This document shows, in pieces, positions 62,890 through 63,703 of a stretch of DNA of 63,703 nucleotides; within the stretch, counting starts at the first letter, position 1, and every line of letters starts with the position of its first letter. The notes beneath the pieces were generated by a model. It searched no databases, was not told where the DNA came from, and saw only the letters and a program-made list of their open reading frames with translations. The stretch lies in assembly GCA_028534125.1 (NCBI GenBank), contig CM052818.1, forward strand, positions 33,358,001-33,421,703. Reading direction: 5' to 3'. The DNA is from Lama glama (taxonomy: Eukaryota). The position numbers and the translations under genes were made by a program.

Positions 62890-63703
62890 AAATAACCCTT
62901 TCCAGAGGCTAGAATGATCCAAGTGGTAGTGGATTAGAGTTGGAGATATCAGTATAAAACCATGTTTCATTTAATGTAGATACAAAGGGTTAATATGTAA
63001 AATATTTATGGATATGTGTATTTCTTTCCTGTGTTAGCTGAGAGGACTCAAAAAAATGACACCCCAGTAGTAACAAGCACACTTAGCACTCAGATCTTGG
63101 TTTCTAATACACTTCTCCAATAAATAAAAAGAACTAGGGCTTCTTGGAGAAATGGCTGATTCTGAGACTAGAGCAGGAAATATATAAGATGGGCCTAAGC
63201 ATCCTGTGGTGGTATAAATTAAGAAAGTGCCCCAAAAAACAAGCTTATAATAATGGGGGTATGTCAAAGGGATATAGGAGCCAACTGAATAGCTTCCAAC
63301 GGCCAAAGCTGGAACAATTTCAGTAACAAAATAAACAAAGTAGTATCAGATCATAACCCAAAGTATAAAATAAATATCTACAAGTCCACACTGATGTAAA
63401 TAAGAGATGTGGAAGAACACACAAATCTTCTATGCAGAAGAATTCCAAATAATTTAAGTATTCTGTCCTTAAAGAGGTAGAGCATAACTCCCACTCCTTA
63501 AGTGTGGGATGCACACAGTAACTTCCTTCTAAAGAAGATAGTATGGAAAGGAGGAGAAAAGAGTAACTTTACAGTTGAGAAACCTGACAAACACTTTCCC
63601 AAGCCAAGTGATCAACGTTAATATCAACAGTGATAAGTCACTGATAGTGTGTACCCTAGATGTGATGTGATGAGAATGGCATTTGACCTCTGAGGCCTTC
63701 CTA
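62890..63703 (+). mobile_element. L1MC/MD-like 3'UTR, runs off the window end
   Basis: gtgttagctgagaggac...cagatcttggtttctaatac...gaactagggcttcttggagaaatggctgattct...ataactcccactccttaagtgtggg...gagaaacctgacaaacac. Confidence 0.8.

Larger units (their letters stand above)
1..63703 (-). other. BABAM2: Internal part of the BABAM2 (BRE/BRCC45) transcription unit: two coding exons plus introns
   Basis: Two consecutive internal exons are recognised by peptide. I did not find the preceding exon (WDIIFNAQYP...) or the following one (DVNEDPGEDV...) in the window, so the gene is inferred to extend past both ends. Confidence 0.9.

Noticed and set aside
1..63703. CRISPR arrays, prokaryotic operons or defence systems, NUMT, processed pseudogene, intact ERV genes
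   Set aside because: No regularly spaced repeat-spacer array, no long ORFs, and no mitochondrial, mRNA-derived or gag/pol/env sequence recognised by eye. A BLAST search would be needed to exclude highly decayed copies.

Overview
Mammalian genomic DNA, AT-rich and dense in repeats. The tRNA-derived SINEs and L1 3' UTRs point to a cetartiodactyl, most likely a camelid (inference). The whole window lies inside BABAM2 (BRE/BRCC45), transcribed on the minus strand. Only two coding exons are present: 41593-41787 (195 nt) and 23882-23956 (75 nt). Both are phase 0/0 with canonical AG/GT sites, separated by a 17,636-bp intron. The rest is intronic: L1 copies (mostly antisense to the gene), L2, MIR, CR1/L3, MaLR (MLT1) and ERV1-like solo LTRs, hAT-Charlie and Tigger DNA-transposon fossils, and young tRNA-derived SINEs with target-site duplications (TSDs). 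Nearly all ORFs in the supplied track are L1/transposon remnants or chance ORFs. I found no convincing novel biological system. The best leads are atypical retrotransposition products (a 70-bp internal L1 fragment with a perfect TSD; a SINE and an L1 with short 3'-transduced tails), candidate poison exons in the intron between the two exons, and a few motif-dense candidate regulatory elements. Repeat boundaries and subfamily names come from recalled consensus sequences, matched by eye, and are approximate.
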